Shown in pieces: positions 1-9,060 of a DNA stretch of 24,000 nt. Under the pieces are notes generated by a model. That model searched no databases, was not told the origin of the DNA, and saw only the letters and a list, made by a program, of their open reading frames with translations. This DNA comes from an uncultured delta proteobacterium. GTDB taxonomy: Bacteria; Desulfobacterota; Desulfobacteria; Desulfobacterales; SG8-13. A program made the position numbers and the translations under genes. The stretch spans positions 5,787 to 29,786 of the forward strand of contig CAVRBA010000028.1 of assembly GCA_963719015.1 (NCBI GenBank), in the 5' to 3' direction. Position 1 is the first letter of the stretch; each line of letters opens with the position of its first letter.

Positions 1-56
1 TTCGTGTACTGTTCACAAAGGGAACGAATATCACCATCATCCTTTGTTTCTGTCAT
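1..56 (-). CDS. N-terminal end of an unidentified protein; the gene continues past the window start
   Basis: The reverse strand reads GGAGG, 5 nt, then ATG ACA GAA ACA AAG GAT... (MTETKDDGDIRSLCEQYT), open to position 1. There is too little sequence to assign a family. Confidence 0.35.
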   Translation of the reverse strand, partial: MTETKDDGDIRSLCEQYT

Positions 57-526
57 GGGAGCCTCCGTATAATAGCTCTATGCTCTATGCGAATTTTAGT
101 AATCACCTGTGCTTTACCCCAGAATTTAGAATAATATGAATCTATCAGCTTTCTTACATTTTTCTATTTTTGCGGTCCGGGAATATCGATAACAAAAATT
201 TTAGAATCAATATTTGAGTCCGTGTATTGATAAAATGAAGTGATAAGTAATTATTCCTATTTCAGATATTCGGAAAATTAACTATCTGGTATTACATCGG
301 CATTATATACAAAACCTTAAATAGGACATCGGGAAAAAACACAGAACACTAATTATTCATATGATTTTACAAAATCGCAGTAACTGCGCATTGCATATTT
401 TAAATTATAATTTACTTGGTTTTACCCTGATATCCAGGTGGCATGTGGGGAATAGTGTGGGGAGATGCTAAAAACCAAAAGAAAAAGGGGATAGATTATA
501 AGCACCTAACCCCCTGATATTGTTTG

Positions 527-601
527 TGGTGATCCCAGGGGGATTCGAACCCCCGCTACCGGCGTGAGAGGCCGGCGTCCTAACCACTAGACGATGGGAC
601 C
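527..601 (-). tRNA. tRNA-Glu, anticodon CUC, with encoded CCA end
   Basis: The reverse complement is GGTCCCATCGTCTAGTGGTTAGGACGCCGGCCTCTCACGCCGGTAGCGGGGGTTCGAATCCCCCTGGGATCACCA. It folds by hand into a cloverleaf with a 7-bp acceptor stem (one G-U), anticodon stem CCGGC/GCCGG, loop CTCTCAC (anticodon CTC) and a GGGGG-TTCGAAT-CCCCC T-arm. Confidence 0.9.
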
Positions 602-695
602 ATTTTTATGCGGATAATCCTGAGTTCAATAAATAAGTTACGACCGAAAGTCAATCGGATTTTATCCCGGCCTCGATTTGACGGTCGCTCTGCTT

Positions 696-908
696 CTATT
701 TTTCCAACTTTTTCCCCTGACGAATACCCACTAAAAAATAAGGGATGAAGCCGACAAACGGAATCGAGGCGATGACCCACCACAGAACCTTTTTTTGATT
801 GGATTCGAAGTCGCGTTGGGCGACATCGACGACGGCCCAGATCGTCAGAAGGAAAAAGGGTACGCACAGGCCAAGGAATATGGCGATTGATTTCAGGTCC
901 ATGATCAC
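696..908 (-). CDS. small two-TM membrane protein, PLD-nuclease N-terminal (PLDc_N)-like
   Basis: 70-aa ORF with two hydrophobic helices and the WAVVDV...W motif pattern typical of PLDc_N small proteins. Its start overlaps the stop of the upstream gene (ATGA overlap at 905-908), suggesting translational coupling. Confidence 0.6.
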   Translation of the reverse strand: MIMDLKSIAIFLGLCVPFFLLTIWAVVDVAQRDFESNQKKVLWWVIASIPFVGFIPYFLVGIRQGKKLEK

Positions 909-1786
909 GTTTTTAATATTTCGGTGACATTTAATATCGCTTCGACATAGCGGTCACTGTGATTGTAGTGATAGATGACTTTGGTCGCTTTTTTCCGTGT
1001 GATACCCGGATACCAGCCGTGCCGTTTCAAATAGAAGGCGATGCTGGCAATGGCATCTTCGTCGTCGAACAGATTGACCTTGCCGTCGTTGTTGCCGTCT
1101 TTGGCCAGTTGATCGATATTGCTGGGCATAAACTGGGAAATGCCCATGGCCCCGGCGAAGGAACCGTTCAGCACAACGGGATCGAAACCCTCATTGGTGG
1201 TGTGCTGAAGATAGGCCTTCAGTTCCCTGTAAGACCAACCGGATTTCTTGGCCGCCTTCTGATCGAAAACCTTGCGGGTCAGCCCCGGTGTCTCTTTTAC
1301 TTCGGGCCACAAAAGATTCCTCACTTTGGGATCGGAGAGGGCCGCCATGGTCGATAGGGTGTTCAAAACCGACCGGCTTCCCAGCAACGTTCCCAATTGG
1401 GTCTCGATCAGAATAATGGCTGTAATCACCTCGCGGTCGACACCGTATGTCATTTCCGTTTTATCGAAGGCCGCCTTGTGGCGCTGCATGTATTCTCTGG
1501 CCTTGTCGATATGAATCCGATCCGTGTAACGGCCGTAGTTGACCTTGGATTCCCGGTGGACAAAATACGCCGATATCCCCTTGGTTTCGAACTTGACCTC
1601 CGGCCTGGCATACAACTGGCGGATGAAGGTTGCATCGAAACCGTCGTCAATGAGCCTCTGCTCTAACGAGCCGTAGTATTCCCCCTTGTCGTCAGTGCCG
1701 GTCGCAAGTACGGCTGAGACCGTAAGCGTTAAAAAACCCAACACCACAATTCCCATCAAGCGTCGTCCCGCATTTATTCTTTTCAT
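905..1786 (-). CDS. mltB: lytic murein transglycosylase, MltB / SLT_2 family, with N-terminal signal/anchor
   Basis: 293-aa ORF. It has the N-terminal hydrophobic segment MGIVVLGFLTLTVSAVLA, an IETQLG region and the GAMGISQFMPSN motif characteristic of MltB-type transglycosylases. Confidence 0.8.
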   Translation of the reverse strand: MKRINAGRRLMGIVVLGFLTLTVSAVLATGTDDKGEYYGSLEQRLIDDGFDATFIRQLYARPEVKFETKGISAYFVHRESKVNYGRYTDRIHIDKAREYMQRHKAAFDKTEMTYGVDREVITAIILIETQLGTLLGSRSVLNTLSTMAALSDPKVRNLLWPEVKETPGLTRKVFDQKAAKKSGWSYRELKAYLQHTTNEGFDPVVLNGSFAGAMGISQFMPSNIDQLAKDGNNDGKVNLFDDEDAIASIAFYLKRHGWYPGITRKKATKVIYHYNHSDRYVEAILNVTEILKT

Positions 1787-2175
1787 TTTCCCCCATCATC
1801 AGGTTCGTTATTTTTCATCCAAAGCGCATTATATGCGTATGATATACCGGTTGCACCGGCTGTATCGAAGTGTTAAACCCTAAATGATCGTAAACAAAGC
1901 GGGATCGGTTTTTATATATCTGATTTATAATGCAATTTGTAATTTGATATGCAATTTATTCGCTCTTCCCATGCTGAGTTCTAAATGTCCATTTTAAATC
2001 CCGTCTTGTTTACCCTGCGGGAAAGCCGATGACGCACCATCTGCTACGTTATCAATGGTTCGCAGTATATTAATACGGCTTCACCCTTGATGCCTTGGGC
2101 CCGGAGCATCCTCGACTTTCGCTCAATTAGGGTCAAAGGTATATAATTTACCATAATCAGAAGGATTTTTAAACT

Positions 2176-3543
2176 GTGAAAAAGACGGCCAAGACAATAT
2201 TTGTCTGCCAGTCATGCGGGTATCAGGCGCCCAAATGGATGGGAAAATGTCCTGACTGCGGCAGCTGGGACGCTTTCACCGAGGAACGCCAACAACCGCT
2301 GTCGCCGCTCGGTAAGAGCCGGTCGCTGGCAGCAGCCACGGCCGACCCGGTGCCCATAGACGCCATCGAGATCGAATCCGAATACAGATGGCTCACCGGG
2401 ATCGACGAGTTCGACCGCGTTCTCGGCGGGGGCGTTGTCCCCGGCACCCTGGTGTTGATCGGCGGGGATCCCGGTATTGGGAAATCCACGCTCATGCTTC
2501 AAGCCCTCCATGGCCTGGCCAACAACGGTCACAGGGTACTCTATGTGTCCGGGGAGGAATCGATCCGCCAGATTCGCATCCGCAGCAAACGGCTGGCAAC
2601 CGTTTCGCCCCAGCTGCTGGTGGCGGCCGAAGTGGAACTGGAGACGATTCTGCAAATGGTGGACAGGGTTAAACCGACGGTCGTGGTCGTCGATTCGATC
2701 CAGACCATGTTCAACAGCGAGCTGACATCGGCTCCCGGAAGCATCTCCCAGGTTAGAGAATCAACCGTCCGCCTGATGCTCATGGCCAAACGCAGCGGTA
2801 TTCCCTTTTTCCTGGTCGGCCACGTGACCAAGGAAGGGGCCATCGCCGGACCGAAGCTTCTCGAACACATGGTGGACACGGTGCTTTATTTCGAGGGTGA
2901 CCGGAACCACGTCTTCCGGATACTGCGCGCAGTAAAAAACCGCTTCGGATCCACCAACGAAATCGGCGTGTTTGAAATGAAAGGTCGCGGCCTGGAAGAA
3001 ATCGGCAACCCGTCGGCTGTTTTTCTTGCCGAGCGTCCGACTGACGCACCCGGATCGGTAGTGACAGCCAGTCTGGAGGGCACCCGACCGATCCTGGTCG
3101 AAATCCAGGCCCTGGCCAGCAGCAGCAGTTTCGGAACATCCCGGCGGACCATCCTCGGGCTGGACCAGAATCGCGTATCGCTGCTGGTTGCGGTCATGGA
3201 GAAAAAGCTCGGCATGCACTTGCTGGGGCACGATATATTTATGAACGTTGCCGGCGGTGTCAAAATCGACGAACCGGCCGTCGACATGGGCATTGTCGCG
3301 GCCGTGGCATCGAGTTTCCTGGACAAATCGATACCCGAAAGTACGCTGGTTCTCGGCGAAGTGGGCCTGACGGGCGAGGTGCGCGGTATCGGCCAGATCG
3401 AAACCCGAATTGCCGAAGCCCAAAAGATGGGGTTCACGCGCTGCCTTCTGCCCCAGAGCAACCACAAGCGTCTGACAAATAACAGCGCGATGAAATTGTC
3501 CGGTATCCGCAACATTGAGGAAGGGATTGAAACACTATTCTAA
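2176..3543 (+). CDS. radA: DNA repair protein RadA/Sms
   Basis: 455-aa ORF with a GTG start and GAAGGA about 10 nt upstream. It has the N-terminal zinc finger CQSCGYQAPKWMGKCPDCGSW, the Walker A motif GGDPGIGKST, a KNRFG motif and a Lon-like C-terminal domain. Confidence 0.95.
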   Translation: MKKTAKTIFVCQSCGYQAPKWMGKCPDCGSWDAFTEERQQPLSPLGKSRSLAAATADPVPIDAIEIESEYRWLTGIDEFDRVLGGGVVPGTLVLIGGDPGIGKSTLMLQALHGLANNGHRVLYVSGEESIRQIRIRSKRLATVSPQLLVAAEVELETILQMVDRVKPTVVVVDSIQTMFNSELTSAPGSISQVRESTVRLMLMAKRSGIPFFLVGHVTKEGAIAGPKLLEHMVDTVLYFEGDRNHVFRILRAVKNRFGSTNEIGVFEMKGRGLEEIGNPSAVFLAERPTDAPGSVVTASLEGTRPILVEIQALASSSSFGTSRRTILGLDQNRVSLLVAVMEKKLGMHLLGHDIFMNVAGGVKIDEPAVDMGIVAAVASSFLDKSIPESTLVLGEVGLTGEVRGIGQIETRIAEAQKMGFTRCLLPQSNHKRLTNNSAMKLSGIRNIEEGIETLF

Positions 3544-3862
3544 ACAGTGTCCAACCATAACTGGCCTATTTTCCGCTGGGAGGCGTTCTCCGCAGGTCTC
3601 CAGCTGCGGCGTACGTATAGTACGCCTCGCCGCAAACCCTTGTGCGGCCTTGCTCAGCAGAAAAAATTCTCATTTCTGAATTGGACACTCAACGGTGCCA
3701 TTACATATTCGTGGATGGGCATTAACGATAAAATGTTACGCTCTGGATATTTGGTAGACTCCACCTTTTTTATCAAAAGGGGTCAATTCGGCGAGGGTGG
3801 CGTGTACGTTGCATTGATCTTGACGGGAATCGGTCAATAATATTATAGAGAAACATTTTTTT

Positions 3863-4465
3863 ATGAAACGAAACGCAGTAAAACGCAACCGATGGGATGA
3901 TCACTATACGGAACGCGCCCGCAAAGAAAAATATCCGGCCCGCTCCGTATTCAAGCTGCAGGAAATACAGCGTAAGTTTCGCCTGCTCAATAAAGGCAAC
4001 CGGGTTCTCGATCTCGGATGCGCTCCCGGATCATGGCTGCTGTATGCTGCACAACTCATTGGGCCCCGCGGAAAGGTCGTCGGAGTGGATCTGCAGCCGG
4101 TCAAGATTCGGCTGCCGGCCAATGCCACCGTTCATATCGGCGATATTCTTGCGCCGGATGACACGCTGCTGGTAAATATCGGCCAGGACTATCACGCCGT
4201 GCTGAGCGATATGGCCCCCGCCACCACAGGTCAAAAGTCGATTGATGCGGCACGCTCATACAATCTCTGTCAGGCGGCATTGGATGTGGCGGTCCGTCTT
4301 TTGATACCCGGCGGCATTTTTGTCAGCAAAATATTCCAGGGTGCGGAATTTCAAGCCTATCGAAATGAGGTCAGTAATGTATTCGATAAGTTAAGGATCT
4401 TCAAACCCCAAAGCAGCCGCAAAGCGAGCAGGGAAATATTTATCATCGCAATCGGAAGACGATAG
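3863..4465 (+). CDS. rlmE: 23S rRNA (uridine-2'-O)-methyltransferase RlmE/FtsJ
   Basis: 200-aa ORF with RSVFKLQEI, the SAM-binding motif VLDLGCAPGSW, and DMAP...G. Confidence 0.9.
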   Translation: MKRNAVKRNRWDDHYTERARKEKYPARSVFKLQEIQRKFRLLNKGNRVLDLGCAPGSWLLYAAQLIGPRGKVVGVDLQPVKIRLPANATVHIGDILAPDDTLLVNIGQDYHAVLSDMAPATTGQKSIDAARSYNLCQAALDVAVRLLIPGGIFVSKIFQGAEFQAYRNEVSNVFDKLRIFKPQSSRKASREIFIIAIGRR

Positions 4466-4474
4466 GAGGAAACC

Positions 4475-5209
4475 ATGTCAGGCCATAGTAAATGGTCCAC
4501 CATCAAACATAAAAAGGCGGCCAGCGACGCCAAAAGAGGGAAAATTTTCACCAAACTCATCAAGGAAATCACTGTGGCCGCGCGTATGGGGGGCGGTGAT
4601 CTGAACGCAAACCCCCGTCTACGCAGTGCCATCCAAGCCGCTAAAAGCGAGAACATGCCCAAAGACAACATCGATCGGGCCGTCAAGAAAGGGACCGGTG
4701 AACTCGAAGGGGTCAGTTACGATGAGAGCATCTACGAAGGCTACGGTCCTGGCGGCGCCGCAGTCCTGATCGATTCGTTGACAGACAATAAAAACCGGGC
4801 CGTATCTGAAATCCGATTCATTTTCAATAAGAATGGCGGCAGTATGGGAGAAAACGGCTGTGTCGCCTGGATGTTCGATAAAAAAGGATACATCGTGGTG
4901 GAGCGTTCGGTGACCGACGAGGATACTCTGATGGAGGTCGCCCTGGAAGCCGGCGCCGAAGATGTGCGCGAGGATAACAGCAATTTCGAAGTCATCACCG
5001 CACCCGAAGATTTCGAAGACGTGATGGCCGCCATAGAAAAGGCCGGCATTGCCACGATCGAAGGAGAAGTCACCATGCTGCCGCAGTCAACAACGAATCT
5101 CGCCGGAAAGGAAGCAGAGCAGATGATCCGGCTAATGGACATGTTTGAGGACTGTGACGACGTCCAGAAAGTCTATACCAACGCCGATATACCGGAAGAC
5201 TTGGTATAG
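4475..5209 (+). CDS. yebC: YebC/PmpR (TACO1) family DNA-binding regulator
   Basis: 244-aa ORF beginning [28 protein letters not shown], the family signature. The AGGAGGA SD overlaps the rlmE stop, so it is probably co-transcribed with rlmE. Confidence 0.9.
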   Translation: MSGHSKWSTIKHKKAASDAKRGKIFTKLIKEITVAARMGGGDLNANPRLRSAIQAAKSENMPKDNIDRAVKKGTGELEGVSYDESIYEGYGPGGAAVLIDSLTDNKNRAVSEIRFIFNKNGGSMGENGCVAWMFDKKGYIVVERSVTDEDTLMEVALEAGAEDVREDNSNFEVITAPEDFEDVMAAIEKAGIATIEGEVTMLPQSTTNLAGKEAEQMIRLMDMFEDCDDVQKVYTNADIPEDLV

Positions 5210-5344
5210 CACAAAATTTTCACGGATCCTTTTCAGGGAGGGACTAAAAAGACAAATTCGAAATGCTATCGAGTCGGTGGAACCTCCACGGTAGCGCCCG
5301 CAATCCCAATCCTATTTTTGCCCCTGGCCCACATACCAACAATG

Positions 5345-5376
5345 AAAAAGCGACCGCCAGCAGAACACTGTCGGCG
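5345..5376 (-). terminator. possible rho-independent terminator after nadA
   Basis: Imperfect 9-bp hairpin (CGCCAGCAG / CTGTCGGCG, one mismatch and one G-U, 4-nt loop). On the minus strand it is followed by TCGCTTTTTC. Confidence 0.35.
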
Positions 5377-5392
5377 ATATGGTCACTTACCC

Positions 5393-6307
5393 TTACGACA
5401 GATCCAGCATTTTTTGGACTGCCTTCAATGCCGGGCGGCGGATGTCTTCCGGAACTTTTACTTCGCCTGTCATGTCTTTCAGGCTTCGGGCCACATCATC
5501 CAGAGAGATCTTCTTCATATTCGGGCACACCATTTTTTCCGAGGCCGGGAAAAAGGCTTTCCCTGGATTATCCTTCTTCATGGGATACAATAAACCGGAT
5601 TCGGTGCCAACGATAAACGCCCCGTGGCTGGATTCCCGCACGTAACGCAGCATTCCGGATGTGCTTGCAACGGCATCCGCCAACGCTAACACTTCCGGTC
5701 GGCACTCGGGATGGGCGATAAAAATGGCCCCCGGATGCTTCTCTTTGGCCTTCTTCACATCTGCAGGGGTCAAACGATCGTGGGTGGGGCAGTAGCCTTC
5801 CCATATCTGAATTTTCTTGTTCGTCTGGGACGCTGCGTACAAGGCAAGATTCCGGTCAGGCGTCATGAGAATTTCATCCTCGACCAGGCTGTTGACAACC
5901 CGCACAACGTTGGCCGACGTGCAGCAAATCGTCGAAAGGGCTTTAACCGCAGCCGTCGAATTCACATAGGTAACAACCGGCATCGGCGGTAACTTGGCCA
6001 GTTTTGCTTCGAGCGAATCCGGGTCGACCATATCGGCCATGGGGCATCCCGCATCATGCCGAGGAAGAAGAACGGTTTTAGCGGGCGAAATGATCGAGGC
6101 GGTCTCGGCCATGAAGTGGACACCGCAAAATACGATGACCTCTGCATCGGTCTTGGATGCCTTGATGCTCAGTTCAAGCGAATCGCCACAGAGGTCGGCC
6201 AACTCCTGGATCTCCGGCGGCTGATAGTTGTGGGCCAGAATAATGGCATTGCGTTCTGCGACCAACCCTCTGATTCTCTGCTTGATATCATCCATGCTGC
6301 CATTCAT
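5393..6307 (-). CDS. nadA: quinolinate synthase NadA
   Basis: 304-aa ORF with the ILAHNYQ, VHFMAETA and conserved Cys-containing motifs typical of NadA. Confidence 0.93.
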   Translation of the reverse strand: MNGSMDDIKQRIRGLVAERNAIILAHNYQPPEIQELADLCGDSLELSIKASKTDAEVIVFCGVHFMAETASIISPAKTVLLPRHDAGCPMADMVDPDSLEAKLAKLPPMPVVTYVNSTAAVKALSTICCTSANVVRVVNSLVEDEILMTPDRNLALYAASQTNKKIQIWEGYCPTHDRLTPADVKKAKEKHPGAIFIAHPECRPEVLALADAVASTSGMLRYVRESSHGAFIVGTESGLLYPMKKDNPGKAFFPASEKMVCPNMKKISLDDVARSLKDMTGEVKVPEDIRRPALKAVQKMLDLS

Positions 6308-6457
6308 CCTTCGGTGTTTTCACTCATAAAGTGATGTTTTATTAACCGGGCAGTATTCTCGGCCAGGTCTATCTCTGCGGCCGACCCGTCAAAATGCACT
6401 TTCAATTATGAATCGGACATTCGATAGGGTTATCAACCATTGGTGGATGGGCACGTG

Positions 6458-7132
6458 TCATTCATCCATGGTCACCACGTCGGTGCCTTCCGGGATGGTG
6501 AAGTTGAAAAGCGATGGATCCGGTACGTCACCAATGCGCGCATTCAACAGAGTAATGCGGGTTTCATCACCATAAGCGTTGTAAGTAACCACCTGGTGAA
6601 CCGCATATGAATCTTTGTCCACCAGCAGAAGAATGTCGACAACATCGGCGGTTTTGTCGAGTGGGACGAGTTTGAGCACATGATATTTGTCATCGTCTGA
6701 AGACACCTGAGATATCTCGAACTTTCGGCGCAGTACCCTGATATCGGCCAGGAATCCGGCGCCCTTGCCGCCGGCCAGAAAAGCCGGTGCCTTACCGAGA
6801 ATCACCTGGTTGTCCTGTGGCCGATAAATCCAAAGCCGATCCGCGTTGGTAATGATGAGTTGAGGATCGGGTGTTTCGTACTCCCACCGCATCATTTCAG
6901 GTTTTCGAACGTATATCTTTCCCTTGGCCTCATCGGCGATATCCATGGCCTTGATGGTTGAAATCTGGTGAAAATCGGCCGTAAAACCGGCCACATCATA
7001 ACGGCGTTCGATCTGTTCGATGAGCTTTTCCACGCCGTCTAACGTGCCAGCGGCATTTGCCGTCGTGACTGCCCCCCGGTTAAACCCGGTCAGAACGAGT
7101 ACCAACACGACACAGCGAATCACCCATTTCAT
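6458..7132 (-). CDS. lolA: outer-membrane lipoprotein carrier protein LolA-like
   Basis: 224-aa ORF with a signal peptide (VLVLVLTGF...ANAAG). The F.ADFHQ...G.IYV.KP..MRWEY pattern is typical of the LolA family. Confidence 0.75.
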   Translation of the reverse strand: MKWVIRCVVLVLVLTGFNRGAVTTANAAGTLDGVEKLIEQIERRYDVAGFTADFHQISTIKAMDIADEAKGKIYVRKPEMMRWEYETPDPQLIITNADRLWIYRPQDNQVILGKAPAFLAGGKGAGFLADIRVLRRKFEISQVSSDDDKYHVLKLVPLDKTADVVDILLLVDKDSYAVHQVVTYNAYGDETRITLLNARIGDVPDPSLFNFTIPEGTDVVTMDE

Positions 7133-7307
7133 TTGATTCTCCTTTTAAGTTTGAATGTCCGCCTGCCTTTCGGCACACAGTGGAGATCTTACAGCCGGGA
7201 TCGAGGCAGCCAGGTCAATCCATCTTGAGCGCTCTTTTTACGCGATAACGTTTTGTTTGTAAACAACGACGACCCGGTTGCTTGTGATTGGCAATATATA
7301 CATTCGT

Positions 7308-8213
7308 TTAGTTTTGTAACCGCCGCACCAGGTCTCTGAAACCATCGGTCGACTGGAGCGCAAACCCAGGGCCATCCTGGTTCTCGCGAGCTGCCGCTGC
7401 AACCCTTCCAAATACCGAAAGGCTGATATGATCGATGAGGGCAAGTTTCATCAGAAGTTCGCTTTTCGGCAGGTGGACGGCACGCTCACCGCGCATCATC
7501 AGAGTTTCGATATTGTCTCTCTTCAGCCTCTCTTCGAACAGTATCGTTTTCTGTAGCTGATTCCGACAAGCCTGTCGTCTTTTGGTCAATTCATCGAATA
7601 CTTCAGCATCATCGTCAATGTCTTCCAACATATCCAGCACGAAATCGAGGCATGTAAAGATCTGTCCGTCCGGACCCATCTTTTCGAAAAATACAGCCAG
7701 AAACTGCACTTTTTTTTCACCAAGGTTCTTGCGGAAGTTTCGCAATTTCACTTTGACGGCCGTGCGAATTGCGGGAGCAATGTGTTCCGCGACGGAATCC
7801 AATAGCTCAGCGTTTATCCGTCGGGTCAGATTGAGGCGGTGCAGGAAGGTGTCGATCATGTCCTCGGGAAAGTCCAGAGTCAGTATGCCGCGTCCGTCAG
7901 GAAACAGGAGGGTCGTCCGCAGCAGACGTCTTGAAAGTTCGTCGGTGACGATAGCGACATCCTCGCCGCTGAAAACGGCATCGTCCAGGGTCTCTTCGAT
8001 CTCTTGCTGAATCGTTTCGTCAGGGAAGAAAATAAGTTCCAGTAGACCATCCCGCTCCGGGTTGGCGTTATCGCCGATGATCTGCTTCAGCTCGATAGTT
8101 GATGGGCAGGAAAATACCGTATCGATATAATCGACGAGCCCCCCGTCGGCTTCAAGTCCATTCCGAAGAATGCGGCAGACCGATTCTACCAGCGGGCGAC
8201 AGTTTTCTTTCAT
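7308..8213 (-). CDS. hypothetical acidic protein, no recognisable domain
   Basis: 301-aa uninterrupted ORF. It starts 10 nt after the stop of the upstream thioredoxin gene, and its composition looks coding. I recognise no family motif. Confidence 0.6.
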   Translation of the reverse strand: MKENCRPLVESVCRILRNGLEADGGLVDYIDTVFSCPSTIELKQIIGDNANPERDGLLELIFFPDETIQQEIEETLDDAVFSGEDVAIVTDELSRRLLRTTLLFPDGRGILTLDFPEDMIDTFLHRLNLTRRINAELLDSVAEHIAPAIRTAVKVKLRNFRKNLGEKKVQFLAVFFEKMGPDGQIFTCLDFVLDMLEDIDDDAEVFDELTKRRQACRNQLQKTILFEERLKRDNIETLMMRGERAVHLPKSELLMKLALIDHISLSVFGRVAAAARENQDGPGFALQSTDGFRDLVRRLQN

Positions 8214-8223
8214 GTCGAATTCA

Positions 8224-8811
8224 TCAGAGATAGTGGGCCAACTTCATCATCAATTGATGTTTCTGCATCCCACCCGGCAGGCTCTCCTTCAGTTCGCCAT
8301 TGTCAAAAATGAACAGGTAAGGCACGCTGAGAATGTTGAAGCGGGCGGCAATCTGCTGATTGACGTCGATATTGACCTTCCCGACCCGGATCTTTCCTTT
8401 GGACTCTCTGGCAAAATCATCGATAATTGGGGCGACGGCACCGCAGGTCGGGCACCAGGGTGCCCAGCAAAACAATAGAACCGGCAGTGGTGACGCCATG
8501 ACCGTGTTTTCGAAATTGGAATCGGTCACCATAACCGGCTGAGGGATGAAGAGTTCGGAGGCGGCCAGGGCCGATCCGCACTTTCCGCATTTGGCCCCGG
8601 CATCGATTTTGTGACCCGGTACCCGGTTGCGCGTCTTGCATTCGCTACAGCGAACCGTATAGCTGACGGATGCATCCTCAGCTACGGAAGCAGTACCCAT
8701 AAGGACATGGCATTTACCGCACCGGGCGTTGGTTTCGGCTCTATCAGCCGGGATCTTGTTTCGCGTGCCGCATGTGGGGCACCGCCGAATGATTGCCGTA
8801 GAATCGTTCAT
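8224..8811 (-). CDS. thioredoxin-2-like protein with two tandem N-terminal zinc ribbons and an atypical WCPTC active site
   Basis: 195-aa ORF with GAGGA 6 nt upstream of the ATG. It has two CxxC-x16-CxxC units (CPTCGTRNKIP...CGKC and CSECKTRNRVP...CGKC). These are followed by a thioredoxin fold with FCWAPWCPTCGAVAP and the cis-Pro region SVPYL. Confidence 0.85.
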   Translation of the reverse strand: MNDSTAIIRRCPTCGTRNKIPADRAETNARCGKCHVLMGTASVAEDASVSYTVRCSECKTRNRVPGHKIDAGAKCGKCGSALAASELFIPQPVMVTDSNFENTVMASPLPVLLFCWAPWCPTCGAVAPIIDDFARESKGKIRVGKVNIDVNQQIAARFNILSVPYLFIFDNGELKESLPGGMQKHQLMMKLAHYL

Positions 8812-9060
8812 TGCTTTTCCTCGCGCTCTTTAAATTTTATATTAACATAAGGCCTGTTGGCTTCGAGTAAAGCGCGTACCGTTCTACCGTCGACAAGATT
8901 ATCCCGACCAAACGGGATATTGGTATCACCTGTCATCACCCAGCATTGTTTCTTTTTCACCACTCTCGAACAAAAATTCATGAAATTTTCGGGTTCGTTG
9001 CGTCCACTTCAGTGAGGTCACCGAAGACTATCGACCCGCGGCAGTGAGAATCTGCACGCC

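Noticed and set aside
580-867. 95-aa minus-strand ORF
   Set aside because: It overlaps the tRNA-Glu gene and runs out of frame across the better-supported PLDc_N-like gene. Its composition is Arg/Ser-rich and looks like noise.
2761-3465. 234-aa minus-strand ORF, plus several other 100-200-aa ORFs inside radA
   Set aside because: They are antisense or off-frame shadows of the strongly supported radA CDS. They are typical of GC-rich coding regions and have no motifs.
3547-3840. 97-aa plus-strand ORF between radA and rlmE
   Set aside because: It has a GTG start directly after the radA stop, no SD and an implausible composition. The DNA is dominated by inverted repeats, so I treat it as a structured non-coding region.
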